Shown here: piece by piece, positions 12,840-30,630 of the stretch
How the letters are laid out: the number at the start of each line of letters is the position of its first letter
Numbering within the stretch: position 1 is the first letter of the stretch
Assembly: GCA_964016885.1 (NCBI GenBank)
Contig: OZ024742.1
Location: forward strand, 258,850,001 to 258,914,000
Source: Eledone cirrhosa
Taxonomy: Eukaryota
DNA length: 64,000 nt
Reading direction: 5' to 3'
Translations under genes and position numbers: made by a program
The notes under the pieces: generated by a model
Told to the model about the DNA's origin: nothing
Database searches by the model: none
What the model saw: the letters and a program-made list of their open reading frames with translations, nothing else

Positions 12840-14199
12840 AGGTACCGGTACAGATGTGTAGAAAAAATATATAGGCCTATGTTTATGTCTCGTAACATAG
12901 CAGTTCAGAAAAGATAGCTAGATGAAATAGGGCCAAATTCGAAAGTCTAATGTTTAGAACTAGTAAATATCTTAAATATATAAATATATTTGTGTAAAAT
13001 ATAACTATTTAGAATAACAATGATATCAGCTTTTACCTATTAGAAACATTAATTTCAAACTGAATTCTTATTTCGTATCTTTGGATTCAACATGACCCAA
13101 TGGTCATTTTAGGAAAATGTGAATTCAATTGACATGACGGAAGCTGTTTGCAAGCCAGTTGGATGGACTGTACCTATAATTTAATTCTCCACAGTGTCTC
13201 ACGTGGGATGGTCTTCAGAATTATATTATGCGTCTACATATCTCAATGCTCAACCATCTACATGTTAATTTCATACCCCAGCGGTTATTCCGTTTAACCT
13301 ACAACTGACATACACTTCCTGGTAACCCACGGAGATCCATCACTCGTTTATCTTATTCTAGAATGATACATATTACATATTGGAAAATATACAGAATCTT
13401 ATTGAAGTATCACTTGGACGGCTAAACAATATATCAATAAAAGGGCTAAGTAAACATCCCGGTAAATCATAGATAAGCATTGTTATCCTATGTGTGATGA
13501 GACAGTTCAGTTCCTGTCTGGCGCCTAATAACAACAAAGACGATTTAAATCACCTGTCCTCTTCAATATTTACTGGGACCTTGCTCAGTTAATCACTAAT
13601 CTTTAAACATTTATGAAGTTCAACTTGATGTCCGTGTGTGCAAACTCCACACAACCTTATCAAATACAGTAATGTTGTTAAACAAACAGCGTCTGGAGTA
13701 TCACTGAAATCGATATTAACTGTTTTGAAGAAGAAGAAGAAGAAGAAGAAGAAGAAGAAGAAGAATACTATACTACTATAATATATAATTAAAAAACAAT
13801 GTTATATGTCTTACAGTATTTTTTACATATCAAAGACATACACAGAACAGCATTTATTATATAAAATATTTATAAAGACAGAAGCAAGTCTAGCAATAAT
13901 TGTAAAATACAAATCAAATATTATATTTATGTACTGGAATCTGAAATGGAAATGCGAGAATTCAATAAAAAATGTATAAAGCAAAACACATATATTCAGA
14001 TATTTGTGAAGAGATTTAAATGCCTACGAGTGTGCATATTATTTTCTTAAACAACCGACTGATATATACTGAAATTAATGAACATACTTGGCTGTGTGAT
14101 AAAGGAATTTCTTCAAGACTACGTCGATCTGGGTTCAGTCCCGCTCGGCTGCACCAGGAGCAAGAGTTTCTTTTCTACTGTGGAATGTGGCTATAAATT

Positions 14200-14331
<132 letters not shown>

Positions 14332-15161
14332 GTATATATATATATATTAGTATTGGTGCTCTGAAATAGCGATGTGTACATGAATGTATGTATAGTATAT
14401 TTGGCAATATACTGTCTGTTTATTTAAAAACATTTAGAGGACCATTCGCTATGAGTTTTAAAGTAGTGACTATGTCACTTACTTGTAAGAACCAACAGAG
14501 AGATAGAGAGAGAAAGAGAGAGAGAAAAGTAAAACCCCGATCGCGGCGCCAAGTGGTTTGGACTTGTGTTCAGCAAACCTTTATATATATATTCGTGTGT
14601 GTCTGTGTGTCTGTTTACATTTGTGTCTGTATAAATCCCACGTAATTTAGACATTCGACAAAACTTGGAAGTAACAATTGTTGTCAATCAGATCGACTAA
14701 ATCAAGGTGTTGTTCCAATATTGCCGGATTCTAATGACTAAGTTTCTGTAATAGTACTATTTTTTCGTAACAATATTGATAAACTTCGAGATGCGAATTT
14801 TAATTCATTCAAATTTTTTTCCCAATTTCGTTGAGTATCATTAACTATAACAGCAAGTTTTTGTTTTTGTCTTTTTCTCACGAGGAAAGCTGTTTCAATT
14901 GTAATATTTTAGCCATACATCATGTATTTATCCAAAATATTGGCACTGTCTCAAATGATTTATTCCCCTTTTGATTATGTAAATTTTATCAAAGTAAAAA
15001 TATTGCTGACTTTCTTATGAAATACAATTTTTTTTTTCAAATAATCATGCAATCTTGAAATGACCACTTTATGATGATGAAGTCTAAAATTACCGAAATG
15101 GGAACAAACATATCAACTGCCTGAAATCAATTGACAGTCTTTCGGTTAATCATTAAATTAT

Positions 15162-15295
15162 AGAGTTACGGCCCTTGCCATTCTGAGATCAGATCCCGCC
15201 GAGGTTAACTTTGCCTTTCATCCTTACGGGGTCGATAAAATAAAGTACCAGTAATGCACTGGATAATTGCTGGCCTTGTGCCTAAAGTAGAAACA
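15162..15295 (+). mobile_element. SINE fragment, family A; other copies ~30790-31110(-), 41435-41650(-), 53220-53330(-), 53890-54260(+), 54290-54645(+), 63335-63720(+)
   Basis: Recurrent ttctgagttcaaatcccgccgaggttaactttgcctttcatcct..cggggtcgataaaataaagtaccagt...gctggccttgtgcctaaagtagaaac with a B-box-like GAGTTCAAAT. Confidence 0.75.
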
Positions 15296-16390
15296 ATTAA
15301 ATTATATTTCGAAGTCGAATCTGATTCAGAATAGCTGAGAATCATCGCTACGTTTATTTTATTTTCATCGTGAAATTAAAGGGATATGGAAATTATTTTA
15401 TTATTGCGTCCGATATTCATAGCATCAACCCTTATCATTTTTCTCCGATTGCTTGCCGTTTGCCTATTTAAATTATTCCTCTTAGCTTATAATATATATT
15501 TTTAATTGCGTATAAATTAGGTCACTAGAAACGGTCTTCCTTAATTGAGAAATATTACCAGTATTTATATTTCTAGCAAATTATGCAAGGAACTCTCATC
15601 TCTCCTCGCTCATAATCAGAGGCAGATCTAGTTCACTACGCTTATTGGAAAAATGAAGTGCTCTTTATCGCCTTTCGATTAACAAAGAAACCTATTTTTG
15701 TCTTCTATTACAAATAAGGAATTTGAAATGGCATTCGAATTAATTTTCGCAATTAATCGATACTGTTAAAAATTACTTCTTTGTCCTCATTATATACTCA
15801 TTTATGTATTTTTCAATACATTAACAAGCACGTGTTTACAATTAGGCGTTTGCTCACGTGTTCATAATTCAAACGGTAACCATACAAAACCACATATTTA
15901 ATCAGCGTAAAAGCGCATGTCTTAAAGCTTACTGTGTTTCTCTCACAATCTAAAAAACGTGAATTCGAATCACGATGGTGCGTGTTGTCCTTCAGTAAGA
16001 CACTATATTTCACAATGCTCTCGTCGATTAAGGATGCAAGAATGACTTGTGTTTTTAATTCAATGTGTCAGACTGTTCATAATCTATGTAAAGCTGAATC
16101 TTCCAGAGAACTACATTAAAGCCACACATGACTGTAGAATGTTTAGACATTTCCACGCTAATTTATTGAGCACGCTGTTGTGTTGGACTTATAAACAGGA
16201 TCACATTTTGTCGGAAACAGTGATTCAACACATTTAATGAACATGGCAAACACACAGCTATACCTTTTCCATCTCAATAACGTGAAATCAAATTCAAAAT
16301 GACTTTGTCGAAGCTTATGAATGTACTTACATATATAGTCACACACAAACACACACGCGCGCGCGCGCAAACTCGCAGTGAGTCTGCCGA

Positions 16391-18930
<2,540 letters not shown>

Positions 18931-18960
18931 TGCATATATATATATATATTTTTTCTTTTT

Positions 18961-19100
18961 AGTCCAGAAATAGCCGTCGAAACGGCTTGATCTCTGCCGT
19001 CGGGGTCATACTTTCTCCTATTACCCACTCTACTACCCTAAGTATTGAGTACTCTGGTGCGTCATGCTCCATCTGGTTCCTTACCACAACTCCTTCGTTA
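18961..19100 (+). mobile_element. Family X element, 5'-truncated in hammerhead stem II
   Basis: Starts agtccagaaatagccgtcgaaacggc; ends ccttcgtta(ta)n. Confidence 0.8.
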
Positions 19101-19216
19101 TATATATATATATATATAAACTTAAGAAAATTAACAATGAGAAGATAAGACAACGAACGAAAAATATATTTATATATATGTGTGTGTATGTATATATATA
19201 TATTGGTGATTCCTTT

Positions 19217-20505
<1,289 letters not shown>

Positions 20506-20524
20506 TCATTATTATTATATATAT

Positions 20525-20712
20525 ATAACAAAGGAATTGTGGTAAGGAACCAGATGGACCATAACGCACCAGAGTACTCAATACTTAGGGTAGTAGAGTG
20601 GGAAACAGGAAAAAGTATGACCCCGACCGCAGATCTCAAGCCGTTTCGACGGCTATTTTTGGACTAAAATAGCCGTCGAAACGGCTTGAGCTCTGCCGTC
20701 GGGCTCATACTT

Positions 20713-20717
<5 letters not shown>
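20525..20717 (-). mobile_element. Family X element, foldback copy
   Basis: Palindrome centre ggctattttt-ggact-aaaatagcc near 20662. Confidence 0.8.
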
Positions 20718-20771
<54 letters not shown>

Positions 20772-20870
20772 ATGAAAGGATCGCGAAGGTTCCATGCATT
20801 AATACATTACTTAATTCATTTAATATCTTTGCAAGCAGGGAAAAGTAGACGTAAAATATTGAATGATGAA

Positions 20871-20934
<64 letters not shown>

Positions 20935-20935
<1 letters not shown>

Positions 20936-21860
20936 GAATAATTAATGGAGCCATAGACCCTCGTTATTCCCTGTAAATTATGTGCTGAAAGGAAAAGGAA
21001 TCCTGAGCTCATTAAAATACAATATGTTGAAAGGGCAACACAGTAGAGAGAGAGAGTTATGTGCCATCAATAAAACAGGGGAGCCACCAGTGTATGGAAT
21101 CTATAACCTTTGGATGGCAGGGTAGACACAGAATAATTAAAAACATAAATTAAACGGCATATACGTATCTCTATAACTATATAACACACGCGAACAAATC
21201 CAAAGAGAACTGTTTCGCCAAGAAATGGGAATGGAATCGCCTATGGGTCACCACCGCGTGTAAGACAAATACATTCCAGACAACTCTAAGAAAATCTAAG
21301 ACAACCGTCCAGCAACACGCGGCAGAGAGATGTGACAGCGTGCGTAGGGCAGTGAACCAGTGGTATCTGAGGGACGAGCTGCTAGAAAGGGCAGCCCCAA
21401 AACCACTCAAAGAGATGTGCTCATCCAAACAGAGAGAGAGGAAAGACTGTTATAAGGAGCCAAATTACACGATAAATTAACGGAGCCATACACCCTCGTT
21501 ATTCCCCTGAGCACATCTCTTTGAGTTGTTTTTGTCTTAGATTTTCTTAGAGTTGTCTGGAATGAATTTGTCTTACACGAGCTGATGACCGATAGGCGAT
21601 TCCATTTCAGTCAACAATTTCTTGGCGAAACAGATCTCTTTGGATTTGTACGCGTGTGTTATATAGTTATAGAGGTGCGTATATGCATTTTAATTTATAT
21701 TTTTAATTATTGTGTGTCTACTCCACCTTCCATAGGTTATAGATTCCATACACTTGTGGCTCCTCTGTTTTATTGATTGCACGCACACACACACTCTCTC
21801 TCTCTCTTTCTCTCTTCTCTCTCTCTCTAGTGTGTTACCCTTTCAACATATTGTATTTTA
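20935..21860. mobile_element. Diverged inverted-repeat element (~21012-21423 vs ~21509-21860) with a ~33-bp direct repeat (20940, 21476) and a degenerate hammerhead (21582-21640, +)
   Basis: taaaatacaatatgttgaaaggg...gagatgtgctca mirrored; CTGATGA at 21582 and GGC-GAAAC at 21624-21631. Confidence 0.7.
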
Positions 21861-21899
21861 TATATATATATATATATATGGCCACCTTGCCTTCTCTTC

Positions 21900-22309
21900 A
21901 CCCTGGACTTCACCTCTGTCTGTACCGTCATCCCTCAAGATGACAGCTTTGACATCTTCCACGATCTTTTTGGACCTACACCATAGACTTTACCCTAGCA
22001 CTTCTACTCTTCTCTGTCTTACTGAGCTTGTTCTAAGCCCGAAATGGTTTCGCTCTATCCGGAGAGTTTTACCAGCAGGTCTCTAGGGTAGCCATGAAAA
22101 CCGGAATGGGCTAGAGCTATGCTAGTTTGTTCATTGGCTATGTCGAGGACCAAATCTTCTCTGACCTACCCCTGAGCTATACGGTCGTTAAACCGACGAC
22201 TGTATCACCACCACCTCCCTCTACTGTGAACAACCGCTCCTTCGTGTCGTATTTCATCCAGCTTTAACATCCATCACCTACGTCTCCGATTATTTTGTCC
22301 AATTTCCCG

Positions 22310-22405
<96 letters not shown>

Positions 22406-22454
22406 TTCGATCCAGACACACTCTACTTCCATTTTCTACAAACCCACTGATTCC
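21900..22454 (+). pseudogene. Decayed Penelope-like RT fragment
   Basis: Manual translation: LDFTSVCTVIPQDD; FYQQVSRVAMKTGMG*SYASLFIGYVEDQIF; PELYGR*TDDCI; FYKPTDS; interrupted by (CT)n. Confidence 0.8.
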
Positions 22455-22502
22455 GTGGTTTATGAACAGCCATGTATGCGCATGTTTTTGTATGTATTTG
22501 TG

Positions 22503-22607
<105 letters not shown>

Positions 22608-22608
22608 T

Positions 22609-22699
<91 letters not shown>

Positions 22700-22799
22700 G
22701 TGTGTGTGTCTGTATGTATATACCTGGATTCCTACACTTCTAGCCTTCAATAACTTTAACGGTATTCCTAAATGAAATAAATGTTGTTTACACTTATTA

Positions 22800-25670
22800 A
22801 CACGGCTAGAGACATAAGGACATGTTTCGTAAGTGAAAATATTTACTATATTATATATTACTCTGTGATGGCGTTTTCAGCATTACCTTTTCCGCAAGGA
22901 CCGCATTAATCACCGTGGTGGTGGTGTGATGGTCTACGTTCGTTCAAACTTTTCGGTAATTCCTTGCGTTGATTTGAACGAATCACAAGAAGTTTTTATT
23001 TGTGAAATACGTATGACCATGTCAACCCTTCTGCTTGGTGTTGTTTATCGGCCCCCCCCCCCCCCCCCAAAAAAAAAACTACCATCAGGACACAGCTTTG
23101 CGATATCCTCCGAGCTGCTGCCAGGAAAATAGCCATTTATGTGTTTATTGCAGGTGATTTCAATCATTCTGAGATCGATTGGGAAACCTTTCATTGGCCA
23201 CCAAGTGCAAACGATTTCCTTGAGCTAGTGCTGGACTCAAACTGGTCACAAGTAGTCACCTCTCCAACAAGAGGTGACAACACTTTGACTTGATCTTCAC
23301 CACTACTCCTGAAGTGGTTAACAGTTGTACTACCGAGGAACCTCTAGGCGACTCTGATCATGCTATGATCATTGCCAGCAGGCTATGATTTTGCGAGCAG
23401 CAACAAAAACTAGAACCATCTCCAATCTGCTTGCTTTGATTGGAAGAAAGCAGATTGGAACTTGTACTGCACTGAGCTACAGCGCCAAACTGGCATGAGT
23501 AGTATAACTCTGGAGATGTGAACACTATACTCCAGCGCATCCTGGACTCAATATGGATAGCGTGTGCAGCATCGATGGAACGTAAGCAGAAAAAAAAACA
23601 CCCCAAAAGTGCAATTTGGGAAACTCAGTGGTCCGACTTGCAAGGAAAGAACGTCGGAACGCTGAACGGGAATATAAACTGCATAAATCAGATGCCAACA
23701 GAAAAAAGCGGAATAAATCTTCTAACCATCTCAAGCAAGTGACAAAAAAGGCAGTGCTTGAATTTGAACAGTGCATAGCAACCAATCCGGACAGTAAGGT
23801 GTTATGCAAATATGTTCATTCAAAGCAGAGACCTCACTCTCCAGTTGGTCCTCTTCGCAATCCACACACAAGCCAGATCACTGACGATCCCAAAGAATGC
23901 GCAGAACACATTGCTGAGTGCTATGCAAGTATTTTTACTGTTGAAAACCAGAATGTACCATCTCCACCATCTCTAACATCAAATTCCATAAGAACTATGG
24001 AATTTACACCTGCTATGTTGCGATGTTCCCTTAAGAATAAGCGCAACTATGCCTCCCCTGGTCTTGATGGTGTTACATACCTGCTTCTCAAACATGGCGG
24101 GTACATTACTTTTGCACCAGCTTTCTTTCTTCTTTCAATACTGTCTCAACAATGGTACTACTCCGGAGCAGTGGAAAACTGCCAGTGTCATTCCCCTGTT
24201 CAAAAGGGGTGACCGCACGTCACCTGTTAACTATCCTCCAGTCAGTTTTACTAGCTGTATTGCCAAACTGATGGAATCCTGTGTCACAGAAACACTTTGG
24301 AACTTCTGGAGCTCTCCAAGCCTCATCCGAGTCCCGCAGTTTGGATTTATCCCTAACACCAGCTGCTGCGATCAGTTTATCGAGTTCCTTGAAGACATTA
24401 CCCGGATCACTGACAACGGCTCATGGGTGGATGTTGTTTACCTTGACTTCGCTAAGGCTTTTAATTCTGTGCTACACAAAAGACTTATGGCGAAACTCTC
24501 TGCAATGGGTGCGAGAGGTGATCTTTTTAACTGGTTGAAATCCTTCATTCTCAGTCGAAAAGAAGTAGACACGGTTCTAGGACAGCATTCTTCCCCATAT
24601 GAGATGTCATCTGGTGTACCACAGGGATTTGTTCTTGGTCCCCTTTTGTTTGTGGCATATATTAATGACATATATGCCAACTTAAAGATTGCCACGGTAC
24701 TGAAATATGCAGATGACATCAAGCTGTACCTTGAAATCAAAAGGACTGATCCTGAAATCTACAACACTTTCCTAAAATCAGATCTGGACACAATGCAGCA
24801 ATGGATCACAGACTGGCAACTGAAGCTGGCTGTGAACAATTGTACTACCATGCATTTGGGGAGAAAAATCCAGCGTCCACATACTCCCTCCACAACACTG
24901 ATATCAAGAAGTCCACTTGTGAACGGGACCTGGGCATTTCTGTCAGCAGCGATTTGCGTTGATAAATCATGTCTCTAAGATTGTCAAGAAGGCCGAGGGT
25001 GTCTTGGCATCACTCAGCAAGACCTTTGATAGCCGCTCTCCAACCATCTATTTAAAGCTGTATACAGCTATGGTACGACAACACTTGGAATTTCCAACAT
25101 CAGTCTGGAACCCCTATCTTGCTCAGAACATTGACCTCCTGGAAACTGTTCAGAGACGTGCAACCAAGCGCATACACTCCATCAGACACCTACCATACTC
25201 TGAACGCCTTGCTTCCCTGGGTATGGATTTATTGAAGCTCCGACGTCTGAAAATGGACTTGGAAAACACTCACAAAGTTATTAACCATCTCGCCAACAAC
25301 AACCCGGAGCACCTTTTTGATCTCCATGTGTCTAACACACGTGGACATGCCTACAAAATCAGAAAGCAGCACAGCTCCCATGACTTTAGGAAACATTTTT
25401 TCACGCTCAGAGTTTCTGAAGCATTGAACAAACTGCCTGCGTCAGTTGTTAGCTGCCGAGACACTGCATCCTTTAAAACACTCATACTTCCCGAAATTCT
25501 CCCAAACTAAACCTGATGTACCCCATCCATACACATGCACACATGTGTATATCATGACTCATGCACTGTTCATTTTCCTGACGTTTGTACATTACCCTAT
25601 GTACTATACATACACTCTTTGATGAGTTGTAGTGCTGAGCACTGACACAATATTTTCATTATTATTCATT
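22800..25670 (+). pseudogene. CR1/Jockey-group LINE, near-complete ORF2 (AP endonuclease + RT), frameshifted, with 3' UTR
   Basis: APE motifs FRKDR..RGGGV, GVVYRPP, AGDFN..IDW, PTRGDNT/DLIF, LGDSDH; RT motifs WKTASVIPLFKRG, QFGF, DVVYLDFAKAFNSV, SGVPQGFVLGPLLF, KYADD; C-terminal LETVQRRATK, RKHFFTLRV; ATT-rich tail. Confidence 0.93.
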
Positions 25671-25708
25671 ATAATGCATGGAACCTTGGTGGTCCTTTCA
25701 TTATATAT

Positions 25709-26101
25709 ACTAGCAGAAAAACCACCTCTAGGGTGGTTTTTTGCTAGCATGTGTAATGTGTACATTGATATTATACGCAAGTATATATACATGTAGATAT
25801 GATACATCAAATAAAATCGCCACCGGAAGTGTTGACATCACACACTCTCTCTTTCTATATATATATGGTAGTTGAAGTGGTGGTGTTGGTGGCAACGATA
25901 TACCGGAAGTGTAACTTTGAAAAGAAGTTAATTTTAAATTATTTATTTTTACGAAATTATTTTTGTTTACGAAATTTAGTAGGTAAATTATGTACTATTC
26001 ATTCATTATTCATTCAAAGTAATCCAAATTATTTTACTAACGTGATTAAAAAAAATAAACCGTACGCAGTCCCGCAGACCTTACTTTATTATAGTTTAGA
26101 T
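25709..26101 (-). mobile_element. Short Helitron-like element(s)
   Basis: ACTAGcagaaaaaccacc..ggtggtttttt hairpin at the left (minus-strand 3' end); minus-strand 5' ATCTAAACTATAATAA at ~26101. Confidence 0.5.
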
Positions 26102-26215
26102 ATACACATACACACACACACACACATATATATATATAAAAATATATTTTTCGTTCGTTGTCTTGTCTTGTCATAGATAATTTTCTTAAATTTATATATA
26201 TATATATATATATAT

Positions 26216-27333
26216 ATAACAAAGGAATTGTGGTAAGTAACCAGATGGACCACAACGCATCAGAGTAACCAATACTTAGGGTAGTAGAGTGGGTGGGAAA
26301 TAGGAAAAAGTATGACCCCGACGGCAGAGGTCTAACCGTTTCGACGGCTATTTCTGGACTAAATTAGAATTTTTAGCCTGGTGAATAAATAGCCGAACTT
26401 GTCAAGGGGTACTTCCTTATATGGGAAGATTGTAGTTGTCAAGAGGATTGGTTGAAATTTGTTGTAAACACAAATAAGTCTATCATGGCATTTGGTAGGA
26501 GATAGGGTTGGCTGAACTTGCCTGTAGAACAATAGGGGATGAGTGGAGCGGTCAAGCGTTGAAAGTGATATGTATACAGCAGAATCTAAGGATAGTGTAT
26601 GAAGTGGTGAAGGGAGGTTATAGAATAGGTAAATCGAATGAGAGTAGGAGACAATAAAAGATAGTAGAGAAAAATAAAAAAATATATAAAATTAGATAGT
26701 GAGAAAAGAATAAAAAAAAATCACAATGCTATGTTACAATTACAGGTTAATAAGTTGAGAATAGAAAAAACTTCAAGAAATTGAGTATTAAGAAAACTGA
26801 TGCAAAAATAAAAGAGGTTGGTCACATCTGCTATAAGTACTTAAAACGTATTCGGCCAATTCTATCTTAAAATTACAGGGGTGGGGGAACTGATGTTACA
26901 GAGGCCCGATGGGCTGCATAGGGGTAGGCGAAAGGGGAATAGCAGACGAGGGAGAAAATAGAGGGTGGAAGGAAGTGATAGGAAAATACAGGGTGAAGAA
27001 GAAGACAAAGAGGAAATGAAAAGAGATACATCTACCTATGTAAGCTTGGGTTTCCCTAACTTATTATTTTCAATGATTGACCGCTCCACTCATTCCCCTA
27101 TTGTTCTACAGGCAATTTCAGCCACCCCTACCTCCCACCAAATGCCATGATAGACTTATTTGTGTTTACAACAAATTTCAACCAATCCCCTTGACAACTA
27201 CAATCTTCCCATATAAGGAAGTACCCCCTTGACAGGTTCGGTTATTTATTCACCAGGCTAAAAATTCTAATTTAGTCCAGAAATAGCAGTCGAAACGGTT
27301 AGAGCTCTGCCGTCGGGGTCATACTTTTTACTA
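26216..27333 (-). mobile_element. Longest Family X copy, ~260-bp inverted arms (~26302-26563 / ~27069-27333) with the complete hammerhead
   Basis: Arms mirror each other; left arm carries the tail to (TA)n. Confidence 0.82.
26315..26410 (-). ncRNA. Family X hammerhead, U3-A8 core, long stem II (second copy 27223-27319, +)
   Basis: Minus strand: ACCCC-TTGACAA-GttCGGCTATTT...AAATAGCCGtC-GAAACGGT tagacctct GCCGTC-GGGGT. Confidence 0.72.
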
Positions 27334-27351
27334 TATATATATATATATATA

Positions 27352-28220
27352 CGAGGTGTGTCAGAAAAGTTCCAGGACTGATGGCACAAAAGATTTATTT
27401 CAAACCCAAACTTCACACTAAGAGTTTTCTCCTTCAAATTAATCCTCCTGGAGTCTCATGCACTTTTCCATCCTTTTCTGCCACGCTTGCATGCACTCCT
27501 GGAAGAAATCGTCCGGGATCCTCCGCAGTTCCGTCGTCACGGCCTTTTTGATGTCGTCCATGTCTTCAAAACGGCTCCCCTCCGAGTCGTACTCGACGAT
27601 CCATCTCTCATCACCGGTGACGACTGTCCTTAGTAAGTCTGGTTCGGTTTCAAGATGTCCTGGCACACTTGCTTGCGTCGACCCTTCTTGGCATCGTTCA
27701 GCAGTTTTGGCACCATCTTGGCGCAGACTTTCCACATGTCCAAATCTTCAGTGAGAATCTTCCAGACGCTATCCTGATTCATGCCCAGCTCATTTGCCTA
27801 CAGTCGAACAGTCATCCGACGATCGCTACGCACCATCTGCCTGACGCACTCAACGTTGACCTTAGACTTGGTTGTTTGTTGGCCTTCCGCTCCTGGGGTC
27901 ATCTTGCACCACTCAAAAACACGTGACCGTGACATCTCCATACTGTTGCTGCAGCAAACCCAGTGCTTCTGACAGAATTTTCCCCAACCATACCAGAAAC
28001 TTCAAATTTGTTCGTTGCTCTGTGCTCATTGCTTCACGACCTGAAACAGAGGATATGTATATAAAATTATGAAGAAAAAGGTTTGATCACTACAGAGATC
28101 TAAGATTACAGTTACATACTCCAGTGGGATTACTTTAAAGGAGAAAAGTCTTAGTGTGAAGTTTGGGTTTGAAATAAATCTTTTGTGACATCAGTCCTGG
28201 AACTTTTCAGACACACCTCG
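27352..28220 (-). mobile_element. Internally deleted mariner transposon with TA target-site duplication
   Basis: TA|cgaggtgtgtcagaaaagttccaggactg ... cagtcctggaacttttcagacacacctcg|TA; EQRTNLKFLV N-terminus, VVTGDERWIVEYD joined to RFEDMDDIKKAVTTELRRIP...WQKRMEKC. Confidence 0.92.
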
Positions 28221-28559
28221 TATATCCACAAAGTAGCTCACTGAAAAGACATACTTTCACTCCAAAAATGTGTTTGCCTTCTTTTCGCATCTCACCCATA
28301 TCGTTCTATTACTTCTTCTCTTTGCCCGTCTTTCTCTTTCTTTAACTTTCTCTCTTTCTCTCTATCGGATACATTGGATGCATTCAGATCTGGAATTAAA
28401 TGGGTTCCGTCAAGTTTCAAATAAAAATGTCCAAGACACGCCGTTTGACGCGATGACGGCACCATGAAGAATTAATGACAGGGAATATATTGTGTAAACA
28501 ATATATCTCCTGTCATTCCCAACCATTGTTAAATGTATGAATATTCTTATTCTTATTCT

Positions 28560-28647
<88 letters not shown>

Positions 28648-28650
<3 letters not shown>

Positions 28651-29035
28651 TGTAATAAACAACATAAGGCAATTATTTCATTTACCAGTGGTTTCTTAAA
28701 AGCAAACAAATTTTGCTTTCAATCATCAGAATGAAAAAATCCTGGTGTATTTATTGGTATTGGATTTTAAAAACAAAAAAAATATAATCTATATCTATAT
28801 CTATATAATCTATATCTATATAGATTATATTTTTGTTTTTAAAATCCAATACCAATAAATACACCAGGATTTTTTCATTCTGATGATTGAAAGCAAAATT
28901 TGTTTGCTTTTAAGAAACCACTGGTAAATGAAATAATTGCCTTATGTTGTTTATTACATAACTATTAAGCTCTGTTACCTACATAGAGCACTCTTTTTTC
29001 CTGGACTTTTCCGACGGAATTACTTCATTCATTTA
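28648..29035 (+). mobile_element. Foldback element, ~140-bp arms centred near 28805, plus 3' tail
   Basis: ttatgtaataaac...ttttaaaaacaaaaa mirrored through 28961; next to (TA)n. Confidence 0.85.
28874..28932 (+). ncRNA. Type I hammerhead ribozyme, intact core (mirror copy on minus strand ~28676-28734)
   Basis: TTCATT-CTGATGA-TTGAAAGCAAA atttg TTTGCTTTTAA-GAAACC act GGTA-AATGAA. Confidence 0.85.
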
Positions 29036-29048
29036 CACACACACACGC

Positions 29049-29086
<38 letters not shown>

Positions 29087-29089
<3 letters not shown>

Positions 29090-29268
29090 TGAGATTCGAC
29101 AGGACTAGAACTGTTTCATTCTTTAGAAATCATCAGATTCCTGATGATTTCTAAAGAATGAAACAGTTCTAGTCCTGTAGAATCTCATCTATATTAAAAC
29201 TTTTATACTCTGCAATGTATTGAGTACCTTACTTACTGTGGTTACCTCCGATTCAACCCGGAATAACG
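29087..29268 (+). mobile_element. Small foldback element (50-bp arms, spacer attc) centred just 5' of a hammerhead core; related fragment at ~55852-55943
   Basis: catcag-attc-CTGATGA tTTC taaa GAAt GAAAC agttcta GTC; tail with gtattgagtaccttacttactg. Confidence 0.75.
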
Positions 29269-29991
29269 TATATATATATATATATATATAATATCTTTAC
29301 AAAACCATATTTATTTTATTATACATATTTGAAGGGGACCAGTATTTTGGTACGCTATCGTCAGATAAAATACAATATTTGTTTTACTGATAATGACATA
29401 TCGACATATGAACATAATGTTATGAGTTCAATGTAGATAGTAAATAAATCTTCGAAACTCGGGATGAATATGTTAATGAGGATAACGTTAAAACTGAAAA
29501 GGACCGTTATGTTTAGACACTAGATATATTTAAATAATGATCACACTTACTTTTTTAAAAAGAAAAGAAAAGAGAGGTTTTCTTTTAAAATTGAAGAAAA
29601 TAATTGAAGAAAAGATTTGAAGAAATAAATATTTAAAGCTACTTACAGAATATTTATAGGAATATGCATATATATGTCCGAACATATTTACATGGGTATA
29701 GAAAGAGTGAAATAATTATATTTATTTTTATTTATTTAATTATATAATTTGGAAGTATTTGTAATATTAAGGTGAGGATTATAAATTGATGTATTAAAGT
29801 GAGAACTATTAATTTAATATGTGAAAAATAGCTTATATTTATATATACTATTGGATGTATATTACGGATGCGTTTTAATATGATGATTGCAGTTATGAGT
29901 ATAGTGTACTCCAGCAGAATGCTGTTGAATGCTTCTAACCTGTTATAAATTAACTTTGTTGAATAATCAACAAATTAAATAACTCATTGTT

Positions 29992-30094
<103 letters not shown>

Positions 30095-30099
30095 ATGTT

Positions 30100-30630
30100 A
30101 TGTCGGGTCACTCTTGAATGCTACTGGTAACATGTAACCCAGTACAAGCTGTCGCATGGTCGGGCCGTCGGCGTCTAAACCGGCAACCCCACCATGATTA
30201 CTTGATGAGGAGAGTGGTTTTGTACACTATGCAGGACAAAAAGCAAAACCTGACAAAGGGGGGGTCAACTCATAAGAGTCAACGGCCATCCAAATATGTA
30301 TATACACATGTACCGCGCGGTTAAACCATTGGGAATGAACGACCCCTAGCCTTTGTCAGGCCATTCTTGTAGGAGAAGGCAACTCAGAAAACTGGGATAA
30401 CTCCGATATAAAACCTGCGGCTCAGTGACTACCGATGATGTTGATCTTTTCTTCTTTTCGGGTTATAGCTACTGTCCCTCCGAGAGTGGGATTGGCTCAG
30501 TGCATAGTCTGTCCTCAGTTTAAAAAATATCTTCACGCACAGGCATTGCACGATAGAATTAATTAATAATTATTAATAATGGTATATCAGGCAAAGGCCA
30601 TAACGAGTGGGCAGCCATCATGTATGTATG
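30100..30630 (+). mobile_element. ~520-bp non-coding retroposon, probably RTE-related; other copies 33228-33545(-), 36980-37446(-)
   Basis: Three alignable copies; ggtaacatgtaacc...taggagaaggcaactc resembles RTE 5' UTRs; ends gggcagccatca(tgta)n. Confidence 0.65.
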
